Position numbers and translations under genes: made by a program | From: Octopus sinensis | Taxonomy: Eukaryota | Assembly (NCBI RefSeq): GCF_006345805.1 | Contig: NC_043003.1 | Location: 20,894,001-20,958,000, forward strand | Length of the DNA stretch: 64,000 bases | Direction: 5' to 3' | Shown: positions 24,010-36,275 of the stretch, one piece after another | Numbering within the stretch: position 1 is the first letter of the stretch | How the letters are laid out: every line of letters starts with the position of its first letter | Notes under the pieces: generated by a model | The model's input: only the letters and a program-made list of their open reading frames with translations | Told to the model about the DNA's origin: nothing | Databases searched by the model: none

Positions 24010-24913
24010 TGAGAAGGTACCCCAAAATGACAGGAAATGTTCTCTGTGTGACAAACCCATTATAGTTCAGGCTTCCACCGCTAGATGCCACTTGATGTAA
24101 CCCTCAGGCATCAGTCTGCCGACCAGCATTGTCTGGCGTAGTCCTACTGCTACGTGGTCCATCTTTGTTTTTCAGTGCTTCTCCCCTATCCATCGGCTTT
24201 TGTGATGATTGAAGCAAAGGAACAGCATGCTTCTATGAAATTCTGTTTGTGCGGGAGAAAACAGTAGCCAAAACAGTTGTCATGCTTCAAACCACTTACA
24301 AGGATGCTGCCATGAGCAAAACACAAGTCTACGAGTGGTTTCCACGCTTTAGGAATGGTCATTTGTCGCTTGAAGACCAACCTCATTCAGGACAGCCATC
24401 GACAACCACTGAACGAATGAAAACATCACGAAAATACATGAACGGATCTTGGAGAACTGTCGTTAAACAACTGATGAACTTGTTGATATGACCGGTGTGT
24501 CCAGGAGCTCCTGTCAATGGATTTTCAGCAAGTAATTGCCAATGGAAAGAGTTGCAGCGAAACTTTTGCCTAGCTTGCTCACGGAAGATCAAAAGCAGTT
24601 ATGACTAGATGCGTGTCATGAACCGAAAAAATAGTTGGATGTTGATCCAGACCTTCTTTCGAAGGTCATCACTGGTGACGAAAGTTGGTGCTATGGAATT
24701 TGCAGAGGTGGAAGAGGCAAAGAAAAATACAACGGAGGCATTAAAAGGCATCACTTTGCAAGAGTTCCAGCGCTGCTTCCATCAGCAGAAAATGCGTCTG
24801 GACTGATGCATTGCTTCAAATGGAGAATACTTTGAAAGCAATAAGTATAAACATGTAAAATTAGGAGACTAAAATATATTGCAAAACTCCGGTTTCTTTT
24901 GGGTAACTCCTCG
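24010..24913 (+). mobile_element. Internally deleted mariner transposon
   Basis: Degenerate TIRs with TA flanks; AMSKTQVYEWFPRFRNG..LEDQPHSGQP, VITGDESWCY, CIASNGEYFE motifs. Confidence 0.9.
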
Positions 24914-26120
24914 TATTCACAGGAAATCCTGTACAGTCTGATGCAGACTATACCTATTTCTTTACTACAGAGAGGACAAACAAGGAGAGACAAACGGATT
25001 GAGTCGATTACATCGACCCCAGTGTGTAACTGGTACTTAATTTATCGACCCCCGAAAGGATGAAAGGCAAAGTCGACCTCGGTGGAATTTGAACTCACAA
25101 CATAACGGCAGACGAAATACGGCCACACGTTTCGCCCGGCGTGCTAACGTTTCTATACCGTAATATAAGAGTTATGGACCATGTATATGCATTATAAATT
25201 CCACTGTCAGCAGGAGGAACTCCTACGTGGTCGCTCAGTCAGAAATCTTCCCCAAATCATACCCTACCGTTTTAAAGGAAAGCAAAATATATAATGGGCA
25301 ATGCTGTTCTAGATATGCAAAAAGGTGTGTGTGGTTATAGTTGAAACACAACTATATATAGCTGAAGGACGTCATTTATATAGATTTATAGATTACGTAA
25401 ACAGGATGGACGGACAATTATAAAGAAACGTCAAGAACACCGAATGTCAACAAATAAAAGCTTTCAGGTAATGTTCGATTATCACTTAAAGTTTATTTTC
25501 AATGAATAATTTACGTAGGATAGCCTGACGTCCCTTATATATAGGACATGTCCCATATTTGATCATTTTGTCCCCTGTCCCGTACTGACCGTTGAGGGAC
25601 ACCCTTATGTCCCGTGTTTAGTTCATTTTCAAATCTCGTAATAAAAGTATCTTTTTACTACCTTCATACGGTTTTTAGTTGTTACGTTATAAGTAATTAT
25701 GCTTTCTTTTATCATATTCTCTTGATGAAAACAACCAAAATGTAACGTGGAAACCATTGTTGCTAGAAGCTTATACAAAAACTTAGGTGTTTGCAACTTG
25801 ATACTGTCAACAAAGTGTGTTGTTACTACTTGCCAAGGCCCACTTTTTTTTTTCTAACTTAAAAACTAATCCATTCATCCGAAGATGCCTGAACGTAAAT
25901 GTAAATTTCGTGATGAATATTCCAGCGAATGGCCATTTATCAAACAAAGCAGAAACTGTTTTCAAGCGAACTGTGGTGTATGTAATCGCACTTTCAGTAT
26001 TGAACATAGCGCGAAGTCTGATATCAAGCAGCAAAGCACAAAAGCAGTATTACCTCTACTTCAAAAAGAAGCTGGTAAAATAACAAATTTCTTGATCAAG
26101 AAAAACACGTTACTACTTTA

Positions 26121-26394
26121 GAAGAGTGGTCCCGGTACGCGCATCCACGCTACCTAATCGTGACTAGTCGATCCTACAACGACTACCTAGCAAAGTAAAT
26201 GAAACACAAAATAAATATTTTTTTTTACACAAAGTAAATAATTTTTTAAAACAAAGTAAATAAAACACAAAAACACAAACTAAATAATTTTTCTAAACAA
26301 AGTAAAAGAAATACAAAAAGACAAAGGATCGACTAGTCACGACTAGCTAGCGAGGATGCGCTACTACGCGAGTGCGCGCACCGGGACCACTATT
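26121..26394. mobile_element. MITE inserted in the hAT ORF
   Basis: TIR GAA(G/T)AGTGGTCCCGGT.CGCGCA; TTTA/TTAA flanks. Confidence 0.8.
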
Positions 26395-26983
26395 CTTAAG
26401 TAGTACCAAAAACACGATGAAGAAAGTATAAATAATAGCCGCAGAAGTTGCAATGGCATTTCATAACGGTCCGTCATTATCACTCATTCAGTTCAAATGA
26501 CTGTACGAACGTACTACTACAAACAGTATTTCCTGATTCTAAAATTGCATGCAAATTTTCAAGGTCTAGAACTAAATGTGCTGTAATAATAAGAAATGTT
26601 GTGGCTCCACACACTATTGAGGAGATTGTTAAAGATATAAATAAATCTTTTTATGGCATATATGCAGATGCAAGTAATAACATTGCTGAGAAAATGTTCC
26701 CGCTGATTCTTTTTCTCGTGAAAATAGTTTGCTGTTCATACCGTGGCCAATGTTCTTTCTGTTGATGTAATTGTTGTGAAATTGTTTTCATACTTTAGTA
26801 TTTATATTGTTCGATCTGAGAAGTTGAAAGATTTATGCGAGTTTGTTGGTGTATATTATGCCTCAATTCTCACACATTCCAAAACTCGTTGGCTTTCTTT
26901 CATAAGAGCAGTTGAGAGAATCCTAAGCTTATTTAAAGCACTGAAATCATTTTCTTTTCTGTTTTTTTTTTTTTTATTAAGTA

Positions 26984-27470
26984 ACTGGTACTTATTTAAT
27001 TGACCCCGAAAGGATGAAAGGCAAAGTCGACCTTGGCGGAATTTGAACTCAGAACGTAGCGGCAGACGAAATACCTATTTCTTTACTACCCACAAGGGGC
27101 TAAACACAGAGAGGACAAACAAGGACAGACATAGGTATTAAGTCGATTACATCGACCCCAGTGCGTAACTGGTACTTAATTTATCGACCCCGAAAGGATG
27201 AAAGGCAAAGTCGACCTCGGCGGAATTTGAACTCAGAACGTAACGGCAGACGAAATACCTATTTCTTTATTACCCACAAGGGGCTAAACATAGAGGGGAC
27301 AAACAAGGACAGACCTAGGTATTAAGTCGATTACATCGACCCAGTGTGTAATTGGTACTTAATTTATCGACCCCGAAAGGATGAAAGGCAAAGTCGACCT
27401 CGGCGGGAAATACCGCTAAGCATTTCGCCCGGCGTGCTAACAGTTCTGCCAGCTCGCCGCCTTGCAGATC
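26984..27470 (-). repeat. Tandemly multiplied (~185-bp unit, about 2.5 copies) segment of family B SINE
   Basis: Repeating TAACTGGTACTTA...GACCCCGAAAGGATGAAAGGCAAAGTCGACC units. Confidence 0.85.
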
Positions 27471-27829
27471 AAACCTGATGAATAGAAGACCAGACTGTGT
27501 CATGAAAGATGGTTTTCTATCCTTCAGTAGAGGGAATTTCAAGAACAATATGCCGAATTAATTTCGTGCCTGTTCTTATTTAACATACTAGCGCTTAATG
27601 CTAATTTTGAGCGCGTCTTCTCGATAATGAATGTTTAGTGGAATGAAGAACGAAAAGTTGGATGTCACTACTGTAGAAGCTATCTTACAATGCACACGGA
27701 ACCTTAACTGTAAATGTAAAGAATTTTATGGACATGTGTCAGAAAACAAAGACCTGCTAACAAAAGCCAAATCATCAGTGAAATATAACTAAAGGTAAAG
27801 GTTTGAGTTTAATTCTCGTGCGGTCTTTA

Positions 27830-28185
27830 CTCTTTTACTTGTTTCAGTCATTTGACTGTGGCCATGCTGGAGCACCGCCTTTAGTCGACCCCAGGACTTA
27901 TTCTTTGTAAGCCTAGTACTTATTCTATCGGTCTCTTTTGCCGAATCGCTAAGTTACAGGGACGTAAACACAACAGCATCGGTTGTCAAGCGATGTTGGA
28001 TGGGCATACACAGACACACAAACATATACGACGGGCTTCTTTCAGTTTCCGTCAACCAAATCCACTCACAAGGCTTTGGTCGGCCCGAGGCTATATTAGA
28101 AGACACTTGCCCAAAGTGACACGCAGTGGTACTGAACCCAGAACCATGTGGTTCGTAAGCCAGCTACTTACCATACAGCCACTCT
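27830..28185 (-). mobile_element. Family A SINE
   Basis: Family match. Confidence 0.88.
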
Positions 28186-28444
28186 TTTTAGGTTCTCCAT
28201 ATGAAACAACTTTTTAGTCTATTTTCTGTGTTGTTTGCATTAAGTAATAATTTTCTAAATTATTTCCTTTGCACTTTCTATTGTCTTAATTGAATAAGAA
28301 TTTTTCAATGATTTCACTTTCTCAGTATTTCTTTATCTATATTGCCTGTATTAAATAATAATATTCAAATGCTTTCACGCTAAAAGATTTTTTCTATATT
28401 GTCATTTCTATATTTGTCATTAAAGAAAAAAAATTAGATACTAA

Positions 28445-28546
28445 TTAAATACAGAGGTCCCGACGCATCTATGTAACATTAACCCTAATGAATGTGCACT
28501 GTAAAAAGCTATCGTTACGTAGATGAATCCGGACCTCTGTATTTAA
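28445..28546. mobile_element. ~100-bp hairpin micro-MITE
   Basis: TTAAATACAGAGGTCC...GGACCTCTGTATTTAA inverted arms of about 35 bp. Confidence 0.65.
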
Positions 28547-28660
28547 GTTGGCAATTTTTTTTTTTTTTTCAATAAGAAAAAGAAAAAAAGAATCAGTATC
28601 TCCGTAGCCGAAAATGTGGGTTTCTGTAAAAAAAAAAAAATTGTTTAAAGAACAGCTGTT

Positions 28661-28980
28661 AACATGTCTTCTACTATAGCCTCGGACCGATCAAAGCCTT
28701 GTGAGTGGATTTAGTAGACGGAAACTGAAAGAAGCCCGTCGTATATATATGTATATATAAATGTATGTATGTATATGTTTGTGTGTCTGTGTTTGCCCCC
28801 CCACCCAACATTGCTTGACAACTGATGCTGGAGTGTTTACGTCCCTGAAACTTAGCGGTTCGGCAAAAAAAAACGATAGAATAAGTACTAGGCTTATAAA
28901 AATAAGTCCTGGGGTCGATTTGCTCGACTAAAGGCGGTGCTCCAGCATGGCCACAGTCAAATGACTGAAACAAGTAAAAG
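28661..28980 (+). mobile_element. Family A SINE (5'-truncated)
   Basis: Family match; inverted relative to 27830-28185. Confidence 0.88.
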
Positions 28981-29057
28981 AATTATAAGTTTACAGTAAA
29001 CTCTTAAAAAAAGTTGAATCACAATGTAAATAGTATTTTTTCAGAATTAAAAATCAA

Positions 29058-29691
29058 GGCGCTTCTTTAGAGGCGCACCTCTCCAAGAAAATGACGCCTA
29101 ATTTCTAAAAAAAAAAATATGAAAATGGCAAATATATCCAATATAAATGAAGTATGCAAAAAACCTAGGAAGATTCATCTATTTTTAAATATTTTATACT
29201 AAAAAAATAAAACACGGGAAACGGACACTCGCGAATATAAACAAACGTGTCAGACGATGTATCAGATATTATTAATGATACGAGGGGCCCGACAATAACG
29301 TTTGCAAATTCTTGATAGATTTTAATCAGATTTTTTACTGTGCACACTGGTTAGGGTTAATTTTAGGGTTGGGTGGTGTGGACTCGCTTTACCTTCGCCC
29401 ATTTTATGATGTGATATTTTCCGTTCAGGCACAAAATTTGACATAACAGTATATATTAGTTACAAACGGTCTTCTTACAATTTGCAGACGATATTGTCGG
29501 GCCGCTTGTATAATTAATAATAATCTGACTGGTCTGTATATTATTTTTTAGTATAAAATATTTAAAAATTGATGAATCTTCCTAATTTTTTTGCATGCTT
29601 TATTTATTTGGGATATATTCCCCATTTTCGTAACTTTTTTTTAACAAGTAAGCGTATTTTCCTTGGAGAGGTGCGCTTTTAAAGAAGTGCC
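29058..29691. mobile_element. Merlin-type MITE with long imperfect arms
   Basis: TIR GGCGCTTCTTTAGAGGCGCACCTCTCCAAG / CTTGGAGAGGTGCGCTTTTAAAGAAGTGCC; perfect 8-bp TSD AAAATCAA at 29050-57 and 29692-99. Confidence 0.85.
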
Positions 29692-29845
29692 AAAATCAAA
29701 ATTCGACTTAAATAGCTGTATTTTAGACATTAAAATATATATTAGAAGCAAATCGTTTTCTCAAAAGAAAGTTTCTTCACTTATTCTTCACGCTGTGTAT
29801 ATATGGTGTAATTTTAGGCTCTTTACTCGTATAAAGTCTATCTGT

Positions 29846-31236
29846 CCAGATAGAGGATATGTAAACGGAACCCTTCACCCCTTAAATCTTTTTTTTTTTA
29901 CGGAATCCTACATTTTAGGTTATGGAGATTCTGATTCTGAAAAAAAAATTTTCAAAAATCGCAACTTCAAAATTTCGATTCCGCCCCGCCCCACCCATTT
30001 CTTCATTTTACCCTTTTTCCGGAATTTTTTCTTTTCTTTTTGTGATACGTACAAAAATACGGAGATTATGATTCTGAAAAAAAAATATTGTTTGTAAAAT
30101 TTCAATTTTTCAAAAAAAAATAAATAAATAAAAATTACCCCCCCTCCCCCAGCAGGCTATTTACATGCTAGAAATAACAGCCAAACCTCACAAAACTGCG
30201 ATAACATAATGTTACCTTTCAGGAAAGATTTCTTTCAGAGTACTTTCCCCGCAGTGAAATGAAATTTATTTATTTTTGAAAGTTCCAAAAAAATATGAAT
30301 TTTATCGAGAAGTGTGTTCAGGAAGCCGCGCTTGTGAGGTTTAGTGGGAATAAACATCCGCAATGTGTTCCAAGAAATATAAAGAAATTCTGAAAGTTTT
30401 TCTCGATACATTGATTCATCAACGCGAGACCATTTCATGTCGCCCGATGATCCAGTCACATACTTTAGCAATCTTTTGATACAGGACCAACAGGCCTCAA
30501 CGTGGTTCATGCAAGCGCCAGTTTCAGGGTCGACGAAATTCTTTGAATGGTTGACCGTTCTGTGAATGTAACCCAGCTGTTGTAAGTTCATATAGCTGGT
30601 CCATTTATTTGTATGTATTATAGTACCGGGTAACATATTTTCAATTATAACAGCTTCTAGTGTTGCTGCGCTTCTGTCGGGTACACGCTGTAGAAATCGT
30701 TTTTTTTTTTTTTTTTTTTCACAGTGTGTGTCATAGCAACCGACAACCTATATTACTGCGGAAAAATTACTCTAAAAGAAATCTTTGCAGAAAGGTGAGT
30801 AGATTGATTACACATTTCTTTCATTATGTTAACGCAGTTTTGTGAGATTTGGCTGTTATTTCTAGCATGTAAATAGCTAAAAGGCGGTGCTCCAGCATGG
30901 CCGCAGTCAAATGACTGAAACAAGTAAAAGAGCCGGATCTTTTCCAAAGAGCCTGCTTGGGGTTTTTTTTTCTTTTTGAAAAATTGAAATTTTACAAACA
31001 ATTTTTTTTTTTCAGAATCATAATCTCCGTATTCTTGTACGAATCTCACCAAAAAGAATTTCCGGAAAAAGTGAAAAATGAAGAAATGGTGAGGGGGCGC
31101 GGAATCGAAATTTTGAAGTTGCGATTTTTGAAAATTCTTGTTCGGAATCGGAATCTCGATATCCTAAAACGTGGGAATCCGTAAAAAAAAAAAAAAAATT
31201 AGGGGGAGGGGTTCCGTTTACATATCCTCCATCTGG
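29846..31236 (-). mobile_element. Merlin (ISXO2/IS1595-like) element with ~380-bp inverted arms and a partial transposase
   Basis: ORF 30235..30636 PGTIIHTNKWTSY..LGYIHRTVNHSKNFVDPETGA..VEACWS; arms at about 29846-30230 and 30820-31236; no TSD found. Confidence 0.85.
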
Positions 31237-31799
31237 GCCCAACCGGTTATAACATTGTATGCTTGTATCATACACTTGAAACCTAAAGTAGCAGTGAAGT
31301 GGTAAGTCTATTATTTAATCGATTATACCGGTCCCTATAACCTGTTCCGTGGCTTTGTATTAGAAATCAGCATTTACATCACAAATATTTACAAAAGTTG
31401 CATCTCATATGACGAAATTAATTACATCGAAACATTAGTTTATAAACAACTTATATTCGACACCTACATCACTCACTTTTCTACCCAATAAGGAAAATAT
31501 GCTTTGCAGTATTTGTTTTGGCTCTTGTCATTGAGTTCAAATACTGTCGAGGTCAACTTGATCTTTCATCCTTCCAAGATCGATAAAATAAAGTACAATT
31601 CAATTAGTGGATGAGTGGGGGGTATGATGTACTCGGCTGGCCCCCTACCCCAAAAATCAGGCCTTGTGTATGTATTAGAAACAAATGTTATTAAAATGTT
31701 TAGAATGGTCTCTGTTATTAATTATCCTGTCATTAATTCCTCTCTACAATAGTAAATAATAGTACGAAAATGCGGCATAGCGTCGAATGATATTTATAT

Positions 31800-32650
31800 A
31801 TGGATACTGTCTTTACCTAATATAAAACAACGCGTCGTAATCGTTGGATACCTCCTGTGTTTAACGGATTAGACGGCGAGCAGAATAAAGTTTGAATAAA
31901 AGCCTTCTTTTAACTAGTTTATGACTGTCCCTTATAAATTTTTTTTTTTAAAGTCAGGCGGTTCAATGAGAAGACAAAATCACGAAACTTAAAACCAACT
32001 CACTTGTGTAACAATTCCAGATTACCGGGAGGTAACTTGAAGTCTACACTGGTATATCTAATTTACAAATTAGATTTTTTGATAAATTTCAGTGCACGAA
32101 ACTCTCTGTCCTCGAGCCACTCTGTAACCGGTTATTGATATGTATGTATACGAGTTCTATTTTCCTTGCGTTGTCAAATCTAATTTGTAAATTAGATTGA
32201 TCTCCCTTGGCTAACCCCATTCCTCCTTATCTCATTCAAACACGCCGCTAGTATTCCCTCTTCTTTCGATTCGTCTGTCTATCCGATTTCTGATTTCATG
32301 TTCTGCTGAGATCAACTTTGCCTTTCATCCTTTCGGAGTCGATGAAATAAGTACCTGGTGGTGATGTAATCGGTTAGCCCCCCTTCTCCTATTTTCCAGG
32401 CTACTATGCCTATTGTACAAAGGATATATTAAATAAAACATACGAGAAACTCACGATAGATTTACAGGCTTTGACAGTAGCTGAGACATTCGTACTAATT
32501 TCATCTAAGTTTTTTTTTTCGAGCGATTTATATACGAGTTGTAAATTGGTGTATGATTTATACAAACGTAGCTGATTTTGAGGTATTGTGAGAGCGTTTC
32601 TTTTTCTTTCTTTCTTTTTTTTATCATCCCTATTATTCTTAGGTTAGTGC
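31800..32650. promoter_or_regulatory. Putative bidirectional promoter / 5' UTR exons of ECHDC1 (-) and the FAAH-like gene (+)
   Basis: Largely repeat-poor, CpG-retaining DNA between the divergent genes. Minus-strand donors CAA|GTGAGT (32004) and TAG|GTAAAG (31817); plus-strand donor GAG|GTATTG (32582). Both ATG exons are preceded by acceptors, so upstream non-coding exons are required. Confidence 0.35.
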
Positions 32651-33789
32651 TGTTGTTTGGTCTGTTATTTTATGACCGGACGTACTCCCTAATAAAGGCA
32701 ATACTGACGTATGCGTCCCGTCCCGTCCCTTCTTGGGATAGGATAAACAAGACTAACACTATTCAAATTGTGTATCCCTTCCAAAACGGTAGGGTGTAGT
32801 CTGAAGAACATTTGCCTCATATTTCTAGCTTGTTGAATGACGTTTATTTTCTTTAACTCCCAGACCATCTCTGATCAGGGATACCTACCATTAAAACATT
32901 CCTTAAATGTCTTTCGTATCGTTATTTCTTTTTAAAATTTACGTTCTTTCTTTTTTTAATGATAGTGTATCTAGGATCACAGTATCTAATGTGTCCTGCT
33001 GTTTTTAAGACTATAGCGTGTAATTATGAGGGCCATTTAGCTGCAATTTCTAACAGGTTTAATGACCCCGTAGAGGTTCCCTCGTTGCCAGCTAAATTAG
33101 ATATGATTTAACGATCCACCTACTTTAAGGGTGTTATTTAGCCCCATGTCAACTCTGGTCAAATAGACCTTTGATCAAAGATGTTCTAGCTGTGATTACC
33201 CCGTTAAGTTCCTTAAAATGCATGTTAGACCACATCGTCCATTGTGCATCTCATTTTTCATGTTAGTAGAATATGGTTTGTGGGAGGTTGACTGCTATTT
33301 CTAATTGCTCTTTTGTTGAACGTTATGTATGTGGTCCAAATTAGATACGCACTTTCTGACAAGTTGTGGTGTACCTGAGCACTGTATACAATAATTTCAT
33401 TATTATATATTAAATGAAAAGGCTGGACTAGATGTTTTATTGCGTCTTATTGACTTTTTAATTGCTTTAAGTTTAAACTTTGCTGGAGCTCACTCTATTT
33501 CTATTCTCATTTTTGTTCCCTAGTTGGTGAGATAAAGTACCAGCAACAGACAAGAGGACATTCTCTTATTCAAAAATATTTAGAAATAAAATAGCATGTC
33601 ACTTAAACAAATTTCATGCTGTCAAACTCTGGCAATAATTAGTAGTCGTATAGAATAGGAAAATAAGATAAATATAAGCAATTAACAAAATAGGATGGTG
33701 CAGCTGTAGCCATTAACATCACATTATCTCGTAGCCTTGCTATAAATTTGCAAAACAGGTCAGTATTGACTAAATTAAATATTGATATA

Positions 33790-34200
33790 TACATAATAAT
33801 GGAAAGAGACCAGATGGTCTTGCTTTCTGTCCCTGGGTTAGAGGTAGGTGCCTCATCTGAGATGCCACAGTATGTGACTCTTTTGCTCTCTCCCACATTC
33901 TGGATGCTGTAGTAAACGGGAGGGTCACTGTTTCTGTAGCCAAACAGAACAAAACCCCTGAAGTATTGGAACCTGACAGTGAATTATCTCTTCCAACTTG
34001 TGGCGTCTGAGATGTTTGAAGCAGGTGGGCCACTAACCGTGAAGTTCTTGTCACCGTTGGCAACTTGGCTCACCGAGGTGTTGGGTGATGCTGGTGAGGG
34101 TGCTTGGCTTTTCCAATGCCTTAGCTTCGCCATCGCCTGTGGTAATGCTGCGAGAGTGCTGGCTTGCTTCTGTGGTGTGCGACCAATTGAAGGACTTGGA
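33790..34200 (+). mobile_element. CRE-clade non-LTR retrotransposon 3' fragment (restriction-like endonuclease region)
   Basis: DGLAFCPWVRGRCLI*DATVCDSFA...KYWNL..NYLFQLVASEMFEAGG...WLFQCLSFAIACGNAARVL matches the CRE C-terminal pattern. Confidence 0.75.
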
Positions 34201-34742
34201 GCTGCATTGATGCTTTTTTTCTTCTCTTTCTTTTCTTTGCCTTACTTTTGTAAAAACTTATATTATGGAAAAAACATGACTATTGTTTAGGATTTGTATT
34301 TCAATGTGGCTTTATATTTTTCATATATCATATACGTGTTGTATCTTCTATATTAATAACAGCAAAATTCTGCCCGTCTGTTTGGAACCCCTTCTATCTC
34401 AGCCTACATTTGCTCTACATAGACATATTGTACATTCTTGGACTCAGGATGATCCCAGGATTGAAAATCTGCCCTTCATTTGATTCTTGAACGTCCAGCA
34501 TTGGGATCTGATTTAAAACAATTTGGGTTGCTATTTCTAGCAAGTAAAGCGACCGTGAGAGGTTTCAAAGCTGGAGTACAAGAGTTACCTCCCTTAGCTT
34601 TAAGTTCTAATGTAGAATTTAGTTTTTTGTGCCTGGTGCTTTTTTATTAACATCTTTTACCGAACCGCTAAGTTACGTGAATTTAAACACACCAACACCA
34701 GTTATCAAGCGGTGGTGGGTACAATCACAGGCACAAAACCAC

Positions 34743-34783
<41 letters not shown>

Positions 34784-35868
34784 AATCTTGTATTCAAATT
34801 TTAAAAGAACTCCAAAAATTTGTGAACTCACAAGTTTTTCATCTAACTGAATTTAAAGTAATACCATATTGGTAAGATACCAATAAATGCTTTATTATTA
34901 TTGATCTTTTTAGTTTTGGGACACAGGCCCAATTATCCCTCCTGCCCAGGAGCGAGCTTAAAAGTCCACATGGAATGCAGCTTTTTAAGCTAGTATGTAA
35001 TAAATCTCATATTGACTAAGTTAAACATCAATATACACAGACATCTGAAAAGTATAGACACCATATTTTTGAAAGGTTCATTTCTAAAAACATGCCAGCA
35101 CCACCTTGGCTGGCTTCTGTGCCAGTGGAACATAAAAAGCACCAACCAATCGTGGCTGTTGCCAGCCTCCTCTATCCCCTATGCCAGTGGCATGTAAAAA
35201 GCACCCACTACTCTCATGGAATAGTTGGCATTAGGAAGGGCATCAAGCTGTAGAAACACTGCCAGATCAGACTGAAGCCTGGTGCAGTCTCCTGGCTTCC
35301 CAGACCCCGGTCAAACCGTTCAACCCATGCTAGCAGGGAAAACGGATGTTAAACAATGATGATGACGAAAATAATGTCATTTGATGCATTTAAAAACTGC
35401 ACAAGGTAGATTTTAATGATTTGACCCTGTTAGGCATTGTAGTAGTGTGTTAGGTCTGCACAAAGGGCAATTACTTTAGGATGCTGTTTAGTTAACTTTA
35501 ATTTCTAAAAACACTTAAAATGTTTACTAAAAATTTTTAATATGTGATCTGCAACAAAATGAAGGCAGTTGTATTTTTACAAAGAAATGACCTTTTAGAT
35601 GATGGCGAAAATGTTGCACCATGTTGTTGTTGTGGTAGAGAAATGAAAGAAACTTGGAAAAAAAAAAGCAGGGCAGGGTGTGAAATGGTGAAATTTTGCT
35701 AATTTTATGTTGCAAAACTTGCAGCTGCCAAACTTGTGTGATCTACGTGCTTATTTTAATTATTTTATTTATTCTTGATTTCTTATTATTTACAAATGAA
35801 ACCTGGTTTTATTATTATTATTAAAATAGTAAGAGCTTTAAAAAAATATATTTATAATATATTTACAT

Positions 35869-36275
35869 AGGCATAGGAGTGGCTGTGTGGTAAGTAGCTT
35901 GCTTACCAGCCACAGGTTCCGTGTTGAGTCCCACTGTGTGGCACCTTGGGCATGTCTTCTACTATAGCCTCGGGCAGACCAAAGCCTTGTGAGTGGATTT
36001 GGTAGACAGAAACTGAAAGAAGCCCATCGTATATGTGTATATATATATACATATATATGTGTGTGTGTATATGCTTGTGTGTCTGTGTTTGTCCATCCAA
36101 CATCGCTTGACAACCGATGCTGGTGTGTTTACATCCCCGTAAGTTAGCGGTTCAGCAAAAGAGACCGATAGAATAAGTACTAGGCTTACAAAGAATAAGT
36201 CCTGGGGTCGATTTGCTCGACTAAAGGCGGTGCTCCTGCATGGCCACAGTCAAATGACTGAAACAAGTAAAAGAG
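35869..36275 (+). mobile_element. Full-length family A tRNA-derived SINE (reference copy)
   Basis: AGGAGTGGCTGTGTGGTAAG...GTTGAGTCCC head; internal (TA)/(TG) tract; AAACAAGTAAAAGAG tail. Confidence 0.9.

Larger units (their letters stand above)
25516..27800 (+). mobile_element. Decayed hAT (Blackjack-like) transposon
   Basis: Left end TAGGATAGCCTGACGTCCC; BED-like MPERKCKFRDEY..CGVCNRTFSIEH; SRTKCAVIIRNVVAP..YADASN..KMFPLI; HSKTRWLS; C-terminal ERVFS-like dimerization segment. Confidence 0.8.

Noticed and set aside
31477-31930. ECHDC1 start-codon exon near the putative promoter
   Set aside because: The phase-1 frames upstream of the candidate donors contain stops and no ATG; the exon at 21078-21165 fits better.
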